From the UHGV virus genome UHGV-0049545: a stretch of DNA of 59,013 nucleotides; one strand, 5' to 3'. Shown here piece by piece: positions 16,988 through 27,300 of this stretch. The position numbers and the translations under genes were made by a program. Positions within the stretch are counted from its first letter, which is position 1; each line of letters starts with the position of its first letter. This DNA is from a virus. The notes beneath the pieces are model-generated. The model was not told the origin of the DNA. It did no database searches and saw only the letters and a list, made by a program, of their open reading frames with translations.

Positions 16988-17409
16988 TATTTCGGTCCTC
17001 CGATATCAGACTTCACCAGCGCACTTTTCAGCCAGGCCAGAAGCCGGTCAAGTAGCGCCTTGGTAAAATCTTTCGTCGTGATGGCCATGAGGGTTTGGAC
17101 AGCTACCGCTGCCGCGATGAAGGCGCCCATTGCGGTAGGTGCATCACTGGCACCCGACGCAAATTTATGCACGCCCCATGTTATCAATTCAGCAGCCCAG
17201 TTCGCGCAGATAATTCCGAAAAAGAAACTCACCCCGCCGAATCCGGTTTTTGCGATTAACGTTAATTCTTTGGAAGATAGGACGAAGAAGATAGCTCCCC
17301 AGAAAGCCCCGATAGCGACTCCGGGGTCAAGTCCGGCCCACCAGCCGAGGGCGCCAACACTTACCGCGCTCGCGATAAGGCCGGTGCCGGTGGTAACTGG
17401 ATCAGTCAT
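16987..17409 (-). CDS. holin-like membrane protein
   Basis: Multiple TM segments upstream of the endolysin. Confidence 0.5.
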   Translation of the reverse strand: MTDPVTTGTGLIASAVSVGALGWWAGLDPGVAIGAFWGAIFFVLSSKELTLIAKTGFGGVSFFFGIICANWAAELITWGVHKFASGASDAPTAMGAFIAAAVAVQTLMAITTKDFTKALLDRLLAWLKSALVKSDIGGPK

Positions 17410-17430
17410 AAGAATAGTCCTGTGTGTTTA

Positions 17431-18192
17431 TCACACCGTGATGCCTTTTACGGCAGCACTGGCGCGCATTCGCTGAATAAGGGTCGAGAAATTAGCGTCG
17501 GAAAGATATTCCGAGATGATCGCCACCTCACAGACCTGCATCTTACCGGGAAACTGGCGATTGTACGTTGAACCAATCCGAAGAAAATCGCCCAGGTCCG
17601 CGGGGTTCAGCGCCGGGGCATTCACGCCGCTTGTGCCTGCTGTTAGGTTGTCCACGCGTCGGGTTCGGTCGCTATTCTTTACTCGCCCCGAAATCATGTA
17701 CCATTGGTTTATGGGTGACGCGACCGCTGTCTCTGCGGCCGCACCAGTAGAGACGCCCGCCACTTGTACCGCATGGTTGAAACGGGAGATCACGTTATTA
17801 TCAGTCGTGTTTGTTCCGGTGTCGAATCCGAGGGTCGTACCGATACAGAGACCCGAACCATCAGCGCGCGCAGACTGATAATCCGAGACGACCGCGATAC
17901 CTTTCTCCTCCAGCGGTTTCACGGTAGCGACGATTGTCATATCCGCGGAATTCTTGATCGACGTTGCCAGGTAGGCGACCTGTGCACCCGTAAGCTCGAC
18001 ATAGTTGGCGCCGTAGACCGGGGATCCTATCACGGAGAGCGCCGCTTTCCCCTCGATAAGGTTGCGTACGGATGTCTCGGCGTTCACGCCAAACGAGAAG
18101 TACCCTTCCCATGCGGCGGCAAACGGAACGGATAGTTTCGCTTTCGGCGAATCCCACAAGACCGCGTTCTTATTGGTAATACGAGTAGCCAT
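17431..18192 (-). CDS. hypothetical tail/fibre-associated protein
   Basis: Position between the tailspike and the lysis genes. Confidence 0.4.
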   Translation of the reverse strand: MATRITNKNAVLWDSPKAKLSVPFAAAWEGYFSFGVNAETSVRNLIEGKAALSVIGSPVYGANYVELTGAQVAYLATSIKNSADMTIVATVKPLEEKGIAVVSDYQSARADGSGLCIGTTLGFDTGTNTTDNNVISRFNHAVQVAGVSTGAAAETAVASPINQWYMISGRVKNSDRTRRVDNLTAGTSGVNAPALNPADLGDFLRIGSTYNRQFPGKMQVCEVAIISEYLSDANFSTLIQRMRASAAVKGITV

Positions 18193-18204
18193 TACTGCCT
18201 CCGA

Positions 18205-20100
18205 TTAATAGAAATCCTGCGGGATGGTGCCCACGCAAAGGGTAAGTCGGTCGAAAGTACAGGTGTCACCGACAGCACCGCCGGCCGTGTCAAGAACGGC
18301 ACGGACCGTTAGCGCGGACACGGTAGTCGGGATCGTGACAACGGTAGACTTCCATACGAATCCACCGCGGCCACCGGACGGAGTCCCGTATGGTCGGTTA
18401 TTGGTCACTTCCGCAATCTGAACCGACCCGCAGTTCCCCCGGGTAGAGGCAGTTGGTACCCACACCCGGGCAGAAAGAATAACCGTCCGCCCTTTAAGGC
18501 GTTTCACCAACGACGCGGGAAGCTGGATTGACGCGTAAGCCTCGACAGTTTCGGTCCTCACCAGCTTCATGCCGTAAGTACCGGATTCGAAATTCGTGGT
18601 GTCTTTCTCGGCGGTACAAGCCGTAAGAGACCAGCCATCGGGGGCGGCCCCTACCCATGCCGCAAAATCAGCATTGGGGAGAAGGTTTATTCCCGCCGTC
18701 AAGCCCGCCTTATGGTCCGATGGACCCGACGGCCAGACGAAAAGATTCTTGACCAGGTCAAAGATTTTGCTGTCACCCGTGGCGTTAGGGTGGATATTGT
18801 CCATATACCAACCAGTGGGCTTCCCGGCATTCTGGAACAGCTGGAAGACGTCCACCAGGCTAAAGCCAGAAGCGATGGCCGCCTGACGCGCACCTGCACT
18901 TCGGGTAGTGCCGTTGTCGTTATCCCGCAGGGGGTTCTGTGAAACGATGATGGCGCCAGCATTCGGATGACGCTGCAGCATCGTGTACATGACCGCCAGG
19001 TCCATGCCCATGTGCGTAGACGCTGGGACGTTATTGTCAGTATTGTGGCCGTGGTTCAGGATAAGCAGGTCCGCCTGACGCGGCGCATAGGCGGCCTCAA
19101 AATACTGGCCCATTAGGTACAACGGCTGGGTACCTGCGACGGCTGCATTGTAGAAATGCAGCGTCTTACCCGCCGATCCAACCTGGATTGTCTCCGGGCT
19201 ATTGTATGCCGTTGAGGACCAGGAGTAGTAGTTCACAGTATATGCAGGGTAATTAGCGGCCAGGAACTCCGCGAGCTTATGGGTCCACTTTTTAAACACG
19301 GTTCCGGTGGATGGGTCCGTATCCTGCGTAATCCCTGTAGAATCCGAGTTAATGATAATGCAGACATCTTCCAGCGCCGCGCGCATCTTAGAGAGCAAGC
19401 CATATGCTGCCGTTTGTGGCGGAAGGTCCACCGTCACCTCACCCGGGTCGGTCCCCCCGCCACTATCTTCGCCCGCGATGGGTACAGTGAAACCGATCGG
19501 GTCGGATAGCAAAAGTTGGTCATCCGGAAAGTTGGGGTCATTTTTGATTCCGAGGTTCCCGGATGACATCTCATTTAGGTCCAGTTGCACCATCGGTGAT
19601 TCAAAGCCCCCGTCTTTTCGGATACGGCTGTGAGAGAAACCGAGCGGGTCGGTGAATACGACCATGGCTTCGTCTTCACTATCGGTGATCAGCCCTTCCA
19701 GGTCGTCGATCCTGCTGGAAATGCCGTTATACGCAGCTGCAGTTGGCTCGGAGAGCTGTACGCCTTGATCATCAAGAACCGGTGTTAACGTTCCCGCAGT
19801 GTTCGAAAATAGAAGAACAAGGTTATTATCGTCTCCGTCTATTACTTTGACGATGTATCCTTCCGGGATCCGCCCTTCCGCGATGGCGGTTTGGGCTGCG
19901 GTACCTGAAACATAAATGCGGGTCATCTCGCCGACGCGATTTTTAACTTGCTTCGCGTAAGAAGGCATAGCGCCATATCCCGGGATAGTGACATCAGTGT
20001 TTATGTCTCCGGTCATCATGCTTCTTTGCTCTACTGCGGCCTGCGCCATATCTTCCGCAGAGGCTTTCATGGATAGGTACAACGGGTCCATATCTGACAT
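18205..20100 (-). CDS. tailspike/fibre protein with SGNH (GDSL) esterase domain and C-terminal carbohydrate-binding-like domain
   Basis: NSDSTG (GDS block) ... LILNHGHNTDNN (DxxH block); beta-rich C-terminus. Confidence 0.55.
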   Translation of the reverse strand: MSDMDPLYLSMKASAEDMAQAAVEQRSMMTGDINTDVTIPGYGAMPSYAKQVKNRVGEMTRIYVSGTAAQTAIAEGRIPEGYIVKVIDGDDNNLVLLFSNTAGTLTPVLDDQGVQLSEPTAAAYNGISSRIDDLEGLITDSEDEAMVVFTDPLGFSHSRIRKDGGFESPMVQLDLNEMSSGNLGIKNDPNFPDDQLLLSDPIGFTVPIAGEDSGGGTDPGEVTVDLPPQTAAYGLLSKMRAALEDVCIIINSDSTGITQDTDPSTGTVFKKWTHKLAEFLAANYPAYTVNYYSWSSTAYNSPETIQVGSAGKTLHFYNAAVAGTQPLYLMGQYFEAAYAPRQADLLILNHGHNTDNNVPASTHMGMDLAVMYTMLQRHPNAGAIIVSQNPLRDNDNGTTRSAGARQAAIASGFSLVDVFQLFQNAGKPTGWYMDNIHPNATGDSKIFDLVKNLFVWPSGPSDHKAGLTAGINLLPNADFAAWVGAAPDGWSLTACTAEKDTTNFESGTYGMKLVRTETVEAYASIQLPASLVKRLKGRTVILSARVWVPTASTRGNCGSVQIAEVTNNRPYGTPSGGRGGFVWKSTVVTIPTTVSALTVRAVLDTAGGAVGDTCTFDRLTLCVGTIPQDFY

Positions 20101-20146
20101 CTTGCTTACCCCTCTGTTATAATCGAGCCACTATACCATGGGCCAT

Positions 20147-20929
20147 TTAGTCCGTTAAACGCAAAATCCGTAACCGGGCCCGGTTTAACGACACTGCGGC
20201 AGGAGCGGAGTGTTTAGCAAATAACGAAACCCTATCGCCTAAAGAATAGCGGCGAATCAATTCTACACTAAGGCTAATCTGCGCAGCACTAACGGCAGGA
20301 CTAACTGCCCAACTAACATCATCACCATCTTGCGGAGTAATGCCAATCCCAACGGCTATCGGCGTGTTATCCGGGATTGCGTTAACTCCTGAACGGGATG
20401 GGCGAACGACCCCTTGAAGGAGGTAAACTCCGTCCTGTGGGATTATATACTCAGTATTGCTTGTTGCATCCCAGCCATCGGACGTGTCCGCTGATATAGC
20501 GGTCAGTGGAATCCGGGTCCACGCCGTATTATCGAAAGTCCACGTACCCGGGCCGGATACCTCCAAAAAAGGTTGTGCTGGTAATGTGACAACCGGGACC
20601 ACCCATGCAGACCCGTTGTAGCGATACGACATCCCATTCGACAGGTTGTACACCGACCAGCCGGCATTCGGAGCGTAAAAGACCCACGCCCCTTCGATAC
20701 GCGCGGCCAGTCGTCCTGCCTGGCCTGCGAAATCCCCCGTCGGGGATGTGCCGACGATGTATCGGGCGCCATCAGCTGTAACCGACGGGCTGTTCGCAAT
20801 GGCCAGTACCGCCGCCCCGACGACGGTGTCCAGTTTTTTCATGTTGGCATCCATTCCGGGCTTCCACCCGCTTTCGCCTAAATCCCATCCGTAGTTCATG
20901 CCCAGGTTCGGGGCCGTTTTCTGCGCCAT
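20147..20929 (-). CDS. tail fibre protein
   Basis: Gly/Ser/Thr-rich and beta-rich; position. Confidence 0.45.
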   Translation of the reverse strand: MAQKTAPNLGMNYGWDLGESGWKPGMDANMKKLDTVVGAAVLAIANSPSVTADGARYIVGTSPTGDFAGQAGRLAARIEGAWVFYAPNAGWSVYNLSNGMSYRYNGSAWVVPVVTLPAQPFLEVSGPGTWTFDNTAWTRIPLTAISADTSDGWDATSNTEYIIPQDGVYLLQGVVRPSRSGVNAIPDNTPIAVGIGITPQDGDDVSWAVSPAVSAAQISLSVELIRRYSLGDRVSLFAKHSAPAAVSLNRARLRILRLTD

Positions 20930-20931
20930 GG

Positions 20932-23217
20932 TTATGCTCCGTAAGTGAACCCATAACTATTGCCATAGCCCGAATCGCGAGACGGGATGACGACGTTAAA
21001 GGTGTGCTGAAAATTAGTGTAGTTGCGGCGACCGTCGCGCATGGTATAAATGCGGATCTCGTAGGTGCCAGTCGACAGGGCATCCACGGGGATGTTAAAC
21101 GACGTGCCGGTGATGCCCTGCTGCTGGTACACCCTTGCGCCGCTACGCCACAGCTCGATCGTCACCGCGGTTCCGTCTTCCGGAACGATATTTCCGGCGT
21201 CCCACGGTACCTGCGTGGCCGCATCCTGCAGCAGACGGTTTCGGTTGGCCCAGGTGACGGCCAGGTAAAGGCCATTGACGTTTACCGACGCTGGCCAGTA
21301 TGCACCGCCTATCTTCACATTGGCAACCGGGTACGGCAGCTCGTACCGCCCGCGCAGGGTGATGGTATCCGTCGGAACGTTATTAATGTCCATCTGGTCA
21401 ATGGAGGTCTGCATCACCGGCCGGTATTGCACCGTCTCGCCGAACGACCGCACGGTTTCGTCAGACGGGAATGAACTGGACCCGATGAAATAAACGATGG
21501 TACCCGCTGGCCAGTTACGCGGTTGTGTGTCCATCAGGCCGCGGGTAATGGTCGCCTGCTGCGAGACGTCAGAGAAATCCGTTAACTGGATGATCTCTTC
21601 GTTGGTACCATCCGTGAGAAGCGCAAAGCTGTTCGTCTCCATGTCCGCCAGGCGGTAGCTGGCCGACGTATTCAGCTTCATCAGGGAGGTGATTTCCGGC
21701 ACCAGCGCATCGGACAACGCGGATTTCGGCGTCAGCGGCCCAACGGCGACCAGCTGCCACGATTGACCGGCTTCCGTGGTGATGTAGGAGAACAGCTGGA
21801 CCGATTGCGCGTTATCGTTGCCGCCGGTAGCAATCTCCGTCGAGAAGCCCGCGAAGGTCGGCAGGACGTCTGCAGGCAGACCAGCAGCACGAATAAGATA
21901 CCAGAACGGGTATTCCCAGGTGTGGCGGTACGGGAACAGCGTCGCCGGTTGTGCCGGGTCGACCCAGCCGTTATCCTGCGAGCCGGCGAAGGTCGCCGAT
22001 GAGCGCGAGAAGACGTCCTCCACGATGCGCAGGGATATCGAGTCATCCCCGACCGCGGCAATGCTCACCTCTTCGACACGCATGATCATGTTCGAGATGC
22101 CGTGTCTTGGCCAGTTGAAGGTAACGTTCATCCCAGGTGCGATGGCCCACGCTTCGCGGTTCACCGTCACCTCGGCAGTACACAGCTGCGCGCTGGCCAC
22201 CTGCAGGTCACGTTCGGTAAGCCGGATGGCCAGGTTTGCGTCCCGCACGCCGACATACTCTTTTGTCGTGGACACGACGCGGCCCTGTGCCTCGATGTTA
22301 GCCGGATCCTGAACGGTGACAGTCTCGTACTCTTCGTTCTCCGGGTTCGTGTACTTCGTGCTTATCTCGTTGTACGTTTCGCCCAGCGCTTTCCGGGTAA
22401 AGGATTTCAGGCTGGCGTTATCCGGATTGATGGTCAGGGCCGATGGCTCACCAGCGCGAATAAGTTTAATCGTCCACAGCCCGGAACGCGGGTCGAGATA
22501 CGTCACGGCGTTAATGCACGACTTCACATCATCAATGAAGGTGTAGAGGTCTTTGTCGTCATCCCAGACGAAGGACAAGCCGAAGCCCTCGTTATACAGG
22601 GTCTGCGCGGCAGAAAGATACGCGGCGTCATCGATCGTGGATGGCGCGTACCCCAGACCCCATTCCGTATTCACCAGCCCTTCGCGGATGATGTGCGCCG
22701 GGTTCATGTTATCGCCAATGTAGCAAAGTTCAGGGTGCCAGTCGGCCCAGAAGCAGCTGACTTTGAACGACACGTCTTTCAGGTAGGCGTTGTTCCCGAT
22801 GTAGTGGTCATGCATCAGCGCGACCGCCAGCCCACGGTAATTCAGGCCGAGGTCCGGCACCGTAACCCGTGGCTTCCAGTTGTACCCTTTGGAGAGGAAC
22901 CAGGCGACAATGGCCGGCGCGGAATACGACCCATCGGAACCAACGCCGATACAGCGCTGCCCCCATCCGCCGAAGCCGATTTCCACCAGCCCTTTCACGC
23001 CGCCTTCCGAGGTATCCCCGCCAAACAGGCCGGTATTGTCCACCGCCACAAGCGCCTGTGACCCGTCGCCCGGGTTTTCCACGTTGCCGGACCAGGCGAC
23101 CTTATCGGCCCACCAGATCTCCTGCAGTTTGGCGATCGGCCCATGGCAAATGGCGAAATGCAGGCCGATGTTGTACTTATAGCCGACGACCGATTTTTTC
23201 TTGCTTTTCCCGCCCAT
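20932..23217 (-). CDS. central tail fibre / host-specificity-like protein (761 aa)
   Basis: Large beta-rich protein in the tail-tip region. Confidence 0.5.
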   Translation of the reverse strand: MGGKSKKKSVVGYKYNIGLHFAICHGPIAKLQEIWWADKVAWSGNVENPGDGSQALVAVDNTGLFGGDTSEGGVKGLVEIGFGGWGQRCIGVGSDGSYSAPAIVAWFLSKGYNWKPRVTVPDLGLNYRGLAVALMHDHYIGNNAYLKDVSFKVSCFWADWHPELCYIGDNMNPAHIIREGLVNTEWGLGYAPSTIDDAAYLSAAQTLYNEGFGLSFVWDDDKDLYTFIDDVKSCINAVTYLDPRSGLWTIKLIRAGEPSALTINPDNASLKSFTRKALGETYNEISTKYTNPENEEYETVTVQDPANIEAQGRVVSTTKEYVGVRDANLAIRLTERDLQVASAQLCTAEVTVNREAWAIAPGMNVTFNWPRHGISNMIMRVEEVSIAAVGDDSISLRIVEDVFSRSSATFAGSQDNGWVDPAQPATLFPYRHTWEYPFWYLIRAAGLPADVLPTFAGFSTEIATGGNDNAQSVQLFSYITTEAGQSWQLVAVGPLTPKSALSDALVPEITSLMKLNTSASYRLADMETNSFALLTDGTNEEIIQLTDFSDVSQQATITRGLMDTQPRNWPAGTIVYFIGSSSFPSDETVRSFGETVQYRPVMQTSIDQMDINNVPTDTITLRGRYELPYPVANVKIGGAYWPASVNVNGLYLAVTWANRNRLLQDAATQVPWDAGNIVPEDGTAVTIELWRSGARVYQQQGITGTSFNIPVDALSTGTYEIRIYTMRDGRRNYTNFQHTFNVVIPSRDSGYGNSYGFTYGA

Positions 23218-23423
23218 CAGTTATCTCCGTTGACGCGCTTCTCGGCGGCCTGGCAAGCACGTTCCGCCAGTGGGCAGCCGGTCGCCCGCATGACCTCTAC
23301 CGGAGTGCCGTTCTTAATGAAATCCCGAAAGTCCAGTCCGTGTTTTGCGAACCAGTCGCGAGCGCCATTAACGCAAAGACCCGCCGTCGGCAGGTCCGTA
23401 GGTAATACGCGGATGTCACTCAT
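23217..23423 (-). CDS. small tail-module protein
   Basis: ATGA overlap with the upstream gene at 23420-23423. Confidence 0.4.
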   Translation of the reverse strand: MSDIRVLPTDLPTAGLCVNGARDWFAKHGLDFRDFIKNGTPVEVMRATGCPLAERACQAAEKRVNGDN

Positions 23424-23647
23424 TTCTTGATCTCCGTTGTCCGTTGCCCGCCCATCCATAACAGGTTAGGCGATTTCACACGCACCGTCCCGAAGACTAC
23501 CGGGATAGACCGTCCGGCATCGACCGTCGGCACGTCGACCGTCTGCGGTGACTGGTTAGCGCTGGATGTTTTGGCCCGCGGAGTCAGGGCGTAACTGGCC
23601 AGCGACATCGCGACGGAAATGATTATGTAAATGACCCAATCTGGCAT
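23420..23647 (-). CDS. small membrane-anchored tail-module protein
   Basis: ATG 23647 behind AGGGGG SD; N-terminal TM helix. Confidence 0.4.
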   Translation of the reverse strand: MPDWVIYIIISVAMSLASYALTPRAKTSSANQSPQTVDVPTVDAGRSIPVVFGTVRVKSPNLLWMGGQRTTEIKK

Positions 23648-23655
23648 GGCGCCCC

Positions 23656-24504
23656 CTAGAACTGGTTTGCATTGAACGGGTTTTTGATAGGGATATTGGC
23701 ACATCCGCCATAATTATCCGCGTTATTAAACACGTTTTTACACGCATCGAAGGTGTGGAGGCAACCTTTCGATACCGAAACCGGACGGCCCGCGGTCATA
23801 TCCGCGATCGGCGCGATGATATTCAGCGTCCAGTTGCGGCCGCCGTTGTTCACCGCAGACGAGATCGCCCGGATTTCGGTCAGGCCGTTCTTCAACGTGA
23901 TGCGGAAGATGCCGCCAGCCAGGGTGGCTTCGGTCAGCCCTCGGTCCTCGCTTGTTAGCGTAACGGATACCGTCATCGAATTAGCGACCGCCGTGGACGA
24001 ACCGGTCTCCGAATGCAGCGACTTATCCGCTGAACAGGCGCGACCGTAAAGGGCGTGCGGGCATCCGCGCTGGTACTTACGCCGCAGACCGATGTTCAGC
24101 TGCGATGTGCTTATGGACTCGCAGGCCAGTTCCACCTCGGACGACTCTATCATGTTGCCGGACAGGACGCGCCCGGTCCAGATCATCCGCAGGTCATCAT
24201 CGCCAGCATGGCCGCGGTAGATATTCAGCGTCGTTACCCGGCTTGGCGCGCGGGTCACTACCAGTCCGGTAATATCAATATCCTCCCGTGCCGTCACCGT
24301 CAGCGTCTGCTTATCCAGTGATCCCGATGTAACGATATCGCTGTGCTTTATCGGGAAAGGTGTCCATGGGCGGCCTCCGTAGATAGTGAGGTCCAGGGCG
24401 GCGACATAACGGTACGCATTCGTCGCTGCATCCCCGTAAATGAACTCGTAAAAATACAGCGGTTTCCCGCTGTCAACGCTATCTTCCAGTTGAGGGTATG
24501 ACAC
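23656..24504 (-). CDS. tail tip / baseplate-hub-like protein (282 aa)
   Basis: Position after the tape measure and the 929-aa protein. Confidence 0.45.
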   Translation of the reverse strand: MSYPQLEDSVDSGKPLYFYEFIYGDAATNAYRYVAALDLTIYGGRPWTPFPIKHSDIVTSGSLDKQTLTVTAREDIDITGLVVTRAPSRVTTLNIYRGHAGDDDLRMIWTGRVLSGNMIESSEVELACESISTSQLNIGLRRKYQRGCPHALYGRACSADKSLHSETGSSTAVANSMTVSVTLTSEDRGLTEATLAGGIFRITLKNGLTEIRAISSAVNNGGRNWTLNIIAPIADMTAGRPVSVSKGCLHTFDACKNVFNNADNYGGCANIPIKNPFNANQF

Positions 24505-24507
24505 GTT

Positions 24508-27297
24508 TTACTCCTGGACTGTGATAAAGGCCGTCTGCAATTCGGCGATGCCGCGAGCACGCCATGTAAGTTCAATCGAATCACTGGCCTGCCGTACGCG
24601 GTACATCAGGCTGATCCGCATTATGTCCGTCTTCTTGAGCGCACTGAAAAGCTCGCGGTCCAGTGTGATTGTCGACACCCCGACTGACGTTGTAATGCCG
24701 GCCGCCGCTGCACAGTACATGGTGCCACTAAATGTCTCAATCATCAGCGCGATACTCGGGTCGTCAAGCAATATTTCTTCGTCAATGACCGCATTCCGCT
24801 CCACCCGTAACTGATTCGGTGCCGGCATATCGGCGGCCACCGTCAGGTCGTGGGACCATGATGGCACCCAGCAGGCCACCTGCGAGCCACGCAGCGCGTA
24901 GAATACCGCGAGGATGTCGATAACTTCATCATACGTGAATGCGGTCCACTGCGCCTGGAATGTACGGCGCCCGGCGTTCTCCGCATACCCCGGCGTAACA
25001 GCCGAGTTGTAATAGTCGATCAGGTCGTACTGCCAGGCATCGGCCACCGTGACTGCGGATACCCAGTTGGGCTTACGGGTGATGACCATGCGGGTATCGC
25101 CATTCCGTTCGAAGGTCATCCGCGTCATGTAGTTGGACGGCATCTGCGGCCAGGTTGGCCAAATCGCCGGGTTAAGCACCGCCGCCCGCCGGATATACGC
25201 CGCCCAGCGATGACCCTGTTCCGCGATAAACGAGATCAGGTCGGTGTACGATGATACGGCCGGCACGGTGAACGTGTCGGTCTGCGGCAGGATCGTGAAA
25301 CCGACCTGCGCTTCGATCGTGGTGGAAATCGCCCGGGAAGACGACAGGTCATTATTCAGCAGGCCATACTGCACCGGCATAACATCCGACCCTCGCGGTA
25401 CCGGGAACGTCAGCGAATCGCGCAGCATAACCGTCGACCCGGATATCCGCAGCACGTTAAGCAGCTGGCGTTCATCACCCGATACGAGGTAGAGCGCTTT
25501 CACTGCTCCCCAGGTAGCCGGCGGTTCTTTGTCCATGATCAGGGTGGTATCGCCGACTTTCCCGGCTACCCGCGTGCGGGATGCCATGTGCCACTGCGGA
25601 ACAAGCATTGGCCGCCACTGGCGCTTCCGGATGATTGCCTGGTACTGCGCAGCCTCGTCGGCGGTCGTCAGCGTATGGCGCATGGACAACGCCCGGCGCG
25701 GTTTAGTGCGACGGGACAAGCGCTGCTCTTTGCCACTGGCCGCCGTGATGATCTGCGTGGAAAATTCAAACGACTCGGTCATGCCGTCTTTCCAGTTTGG
25801 CTGCAGCGGCCACATAGACCGACCATAGATAAACCCGCCGGACTGGTCTGCCGATAGTCCTTCCGCCGAGTCCAGTAGCCCCGTGATCCACATCCGCGCC
25901 TTCGCCCGCGTGGCGGTGTAGTTATTGTTCGACTGCCCACACCAGTTATACAGGTCCACCATGGCATTCAGTAGCTCCGCATGCCAGCGCCCTTGCCATT
26001 TAAGGTTCGCCGGGTCCGGGCTGAATGTGCCGGCCATTACGCCGCTGGTCACGTAGGTAAAGTCGAACATCTGGACGCACTTTTCTACCACGCGCGCCAC
26101 TTCGGTAGACAGGCCACCGGCGGCATTATTGGGCCGCTGCAGCTTATCCACCGCGATCGCCGCCTGCAGCGCCACCGCCAGCAGCCCCGGCTCATAAACA
26201 GGCGTCGGGAATGAGCCGTCGGTATTCAGGCGGTTCGGGACGGTGAACCAAAGTTTAGGCAGTGTAGCCGTATCGCCCTCCTGGTACCCCAGAACGGCCG
26301 CTTTCCGGATCGCCGCGCTCCAGGCGTTTGCGATGCCCGGGTTCGACGGGATCCAGTTGCGGTCATTGGCGAACCAGCGTAGCGCATTCGTCGCGATGTT
26401 CCGCGCCTGCGTCTTGAGGCTGGAGTTATTCGTCAGTCGAGCGATATCCGCGGCATCCCGCATCGCCACCAGCTGATCGAGCGTGCCTCTTGAGTCCAGT
26501 GGGCCGCTCCATCCGAACGTATTGGCGGCGCCGTAATTCGTCGACCCGGGCGCGTCGAAATAGAACACCGGAACGAACAGGCCAGTCACCCGTGTCGGGT
26601 ATCTAGCGTTCCATGCTTCCTGCGCGGCCTGCATCAGCGTCAGCACGTTGCCCGTCGCCGTGGTATTTCCCTGTGCGGCCCATTGGCTCCCGATCTGCTT
26701 TCCGACATATGCCGGGGACCGCCAGCCATTATCCCCCGGGGTGAACTGCGTTATTACCGGCACGGCGCCGGGGGTATACCACAGGCCGCTGTATTGCATC
26801 GTGCCTTTGACCTGATTTACCGTAGCGTCCCGCCCTTTCGTCCAGGCATTCTCCCCCATCACATCGGAGCCGATCGAGAAGGCTTCATACGCATCGCGGA
26901 AAGCACGGTTTTCCGAGTCCGTATCGGTACTCGGCTCAATCTCCACCGTCGGGGCGATACGGTATGCGTCACCGGGCTGCACCACGTCGCCATTGCCCAA
27001 CGTGAAGTTATGGCGGACGCCGACAAGGTAGTGCGGAATAAACGGCCCTGTTTCTGACGACTGGCCACGGTAGAGATAGGAAATTGCCGCAGTCAGGATG
27101 CGATTGGCCAGCTGTACCGCCGCCGGGTGGGGAACGATACGGCTCGCCCGCAGAAGCCCCGTCACCATCCGGAACTGTTCCGACGACGTTCCCGCCGCCG
27201 GATTAATGCCCGATGCGTCAGTCGTCGAATCGGTAAGGCTGTGCGCTACCAGTCCATCGCTGCTGACCAGTGCATCATTGTCAGTTAAGCCCGCCAT
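24508..27297 (-). CDS. large distal tail protein (929 aa)
   Basis: Immediately downstream of the tape measure gene. Confidence 0.5.
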   Translation of the reverse strand: MAGLTDNDALVSSDGLVAHSLTDSTTDASGINPAAGTSSEQFRMVTGLLRASRIVPHPAAVQLANRILTAAISYLYRGQSSETGPFIPHYLVGVRHNFTLGNGDVVQPGDAYRIAPTVEIEPSTDTDSENRAFRDAYEAFSIGSDVMGENAWTKGRDATVNQVKGTMQYSGLWYTPGAVPVITQFTPGDNGWRSPAYVGKQIGSQWAAQGNTTATGNVLTLMQAAQEAWNARYPTRVTGLFVPVFYFDAPGSTNYGAANTFGWSGPLDSRGTLDQLVAMRDAADIARLTNNSSLKTQARNIATNALRWFANDRNWIPSNPGIANAWSAAIRKAAVLGYQEGDTATLPKLWFTVPNRLNTDGSFPTPVYEPGLLAVALQAAIAVDKLQRPNNAAGGLSTEVARVVEKCVQMFDFTYVTSGVMAGTFSPDPANLKWQGRWHAELLNAMVDLYNWCGQSNNNYTATRAKARMWITGLLDSAEGLSADQSGGFIYGRSMWPLQPNWKDGMTESFEFSTQIITAASGKEQRLSRRTKPRRALSMRHTLTTADEAAQYQAIIRKRQWRPMLVPQWHMASRTRVAGKVGDTTLIMDKEPPATWGAVKALYLVSGDERQLLNVLRISGSTVMLRDSLTFPVPRGSDVMPVQYGLLNNDLSSSRAISTTIEAQVGFTILPQTDTFTVPAVSSYTDLISFIAEQGHRWAAYIRRAAVLNPAIWPTWPQMPSNYMTRMTFERNGDTRMVITRKPNWVSAVTVADAWQYDLIDYYNSAVTPGYAENAGRRTFQAQWTAFTYDEVIDILAVFYALRGSQVACWVPSWSHDLTVAADMPAPNQLRVERNAVIDEEILLDDPSIALMIETFSGTMYCAAAAGITTSVGVSTITLDRELFSALKKTDIMRISLMYRVRQASDSIELTWRARGIAELQTAFITVQE

Positions 27298-27300
27298 TCA

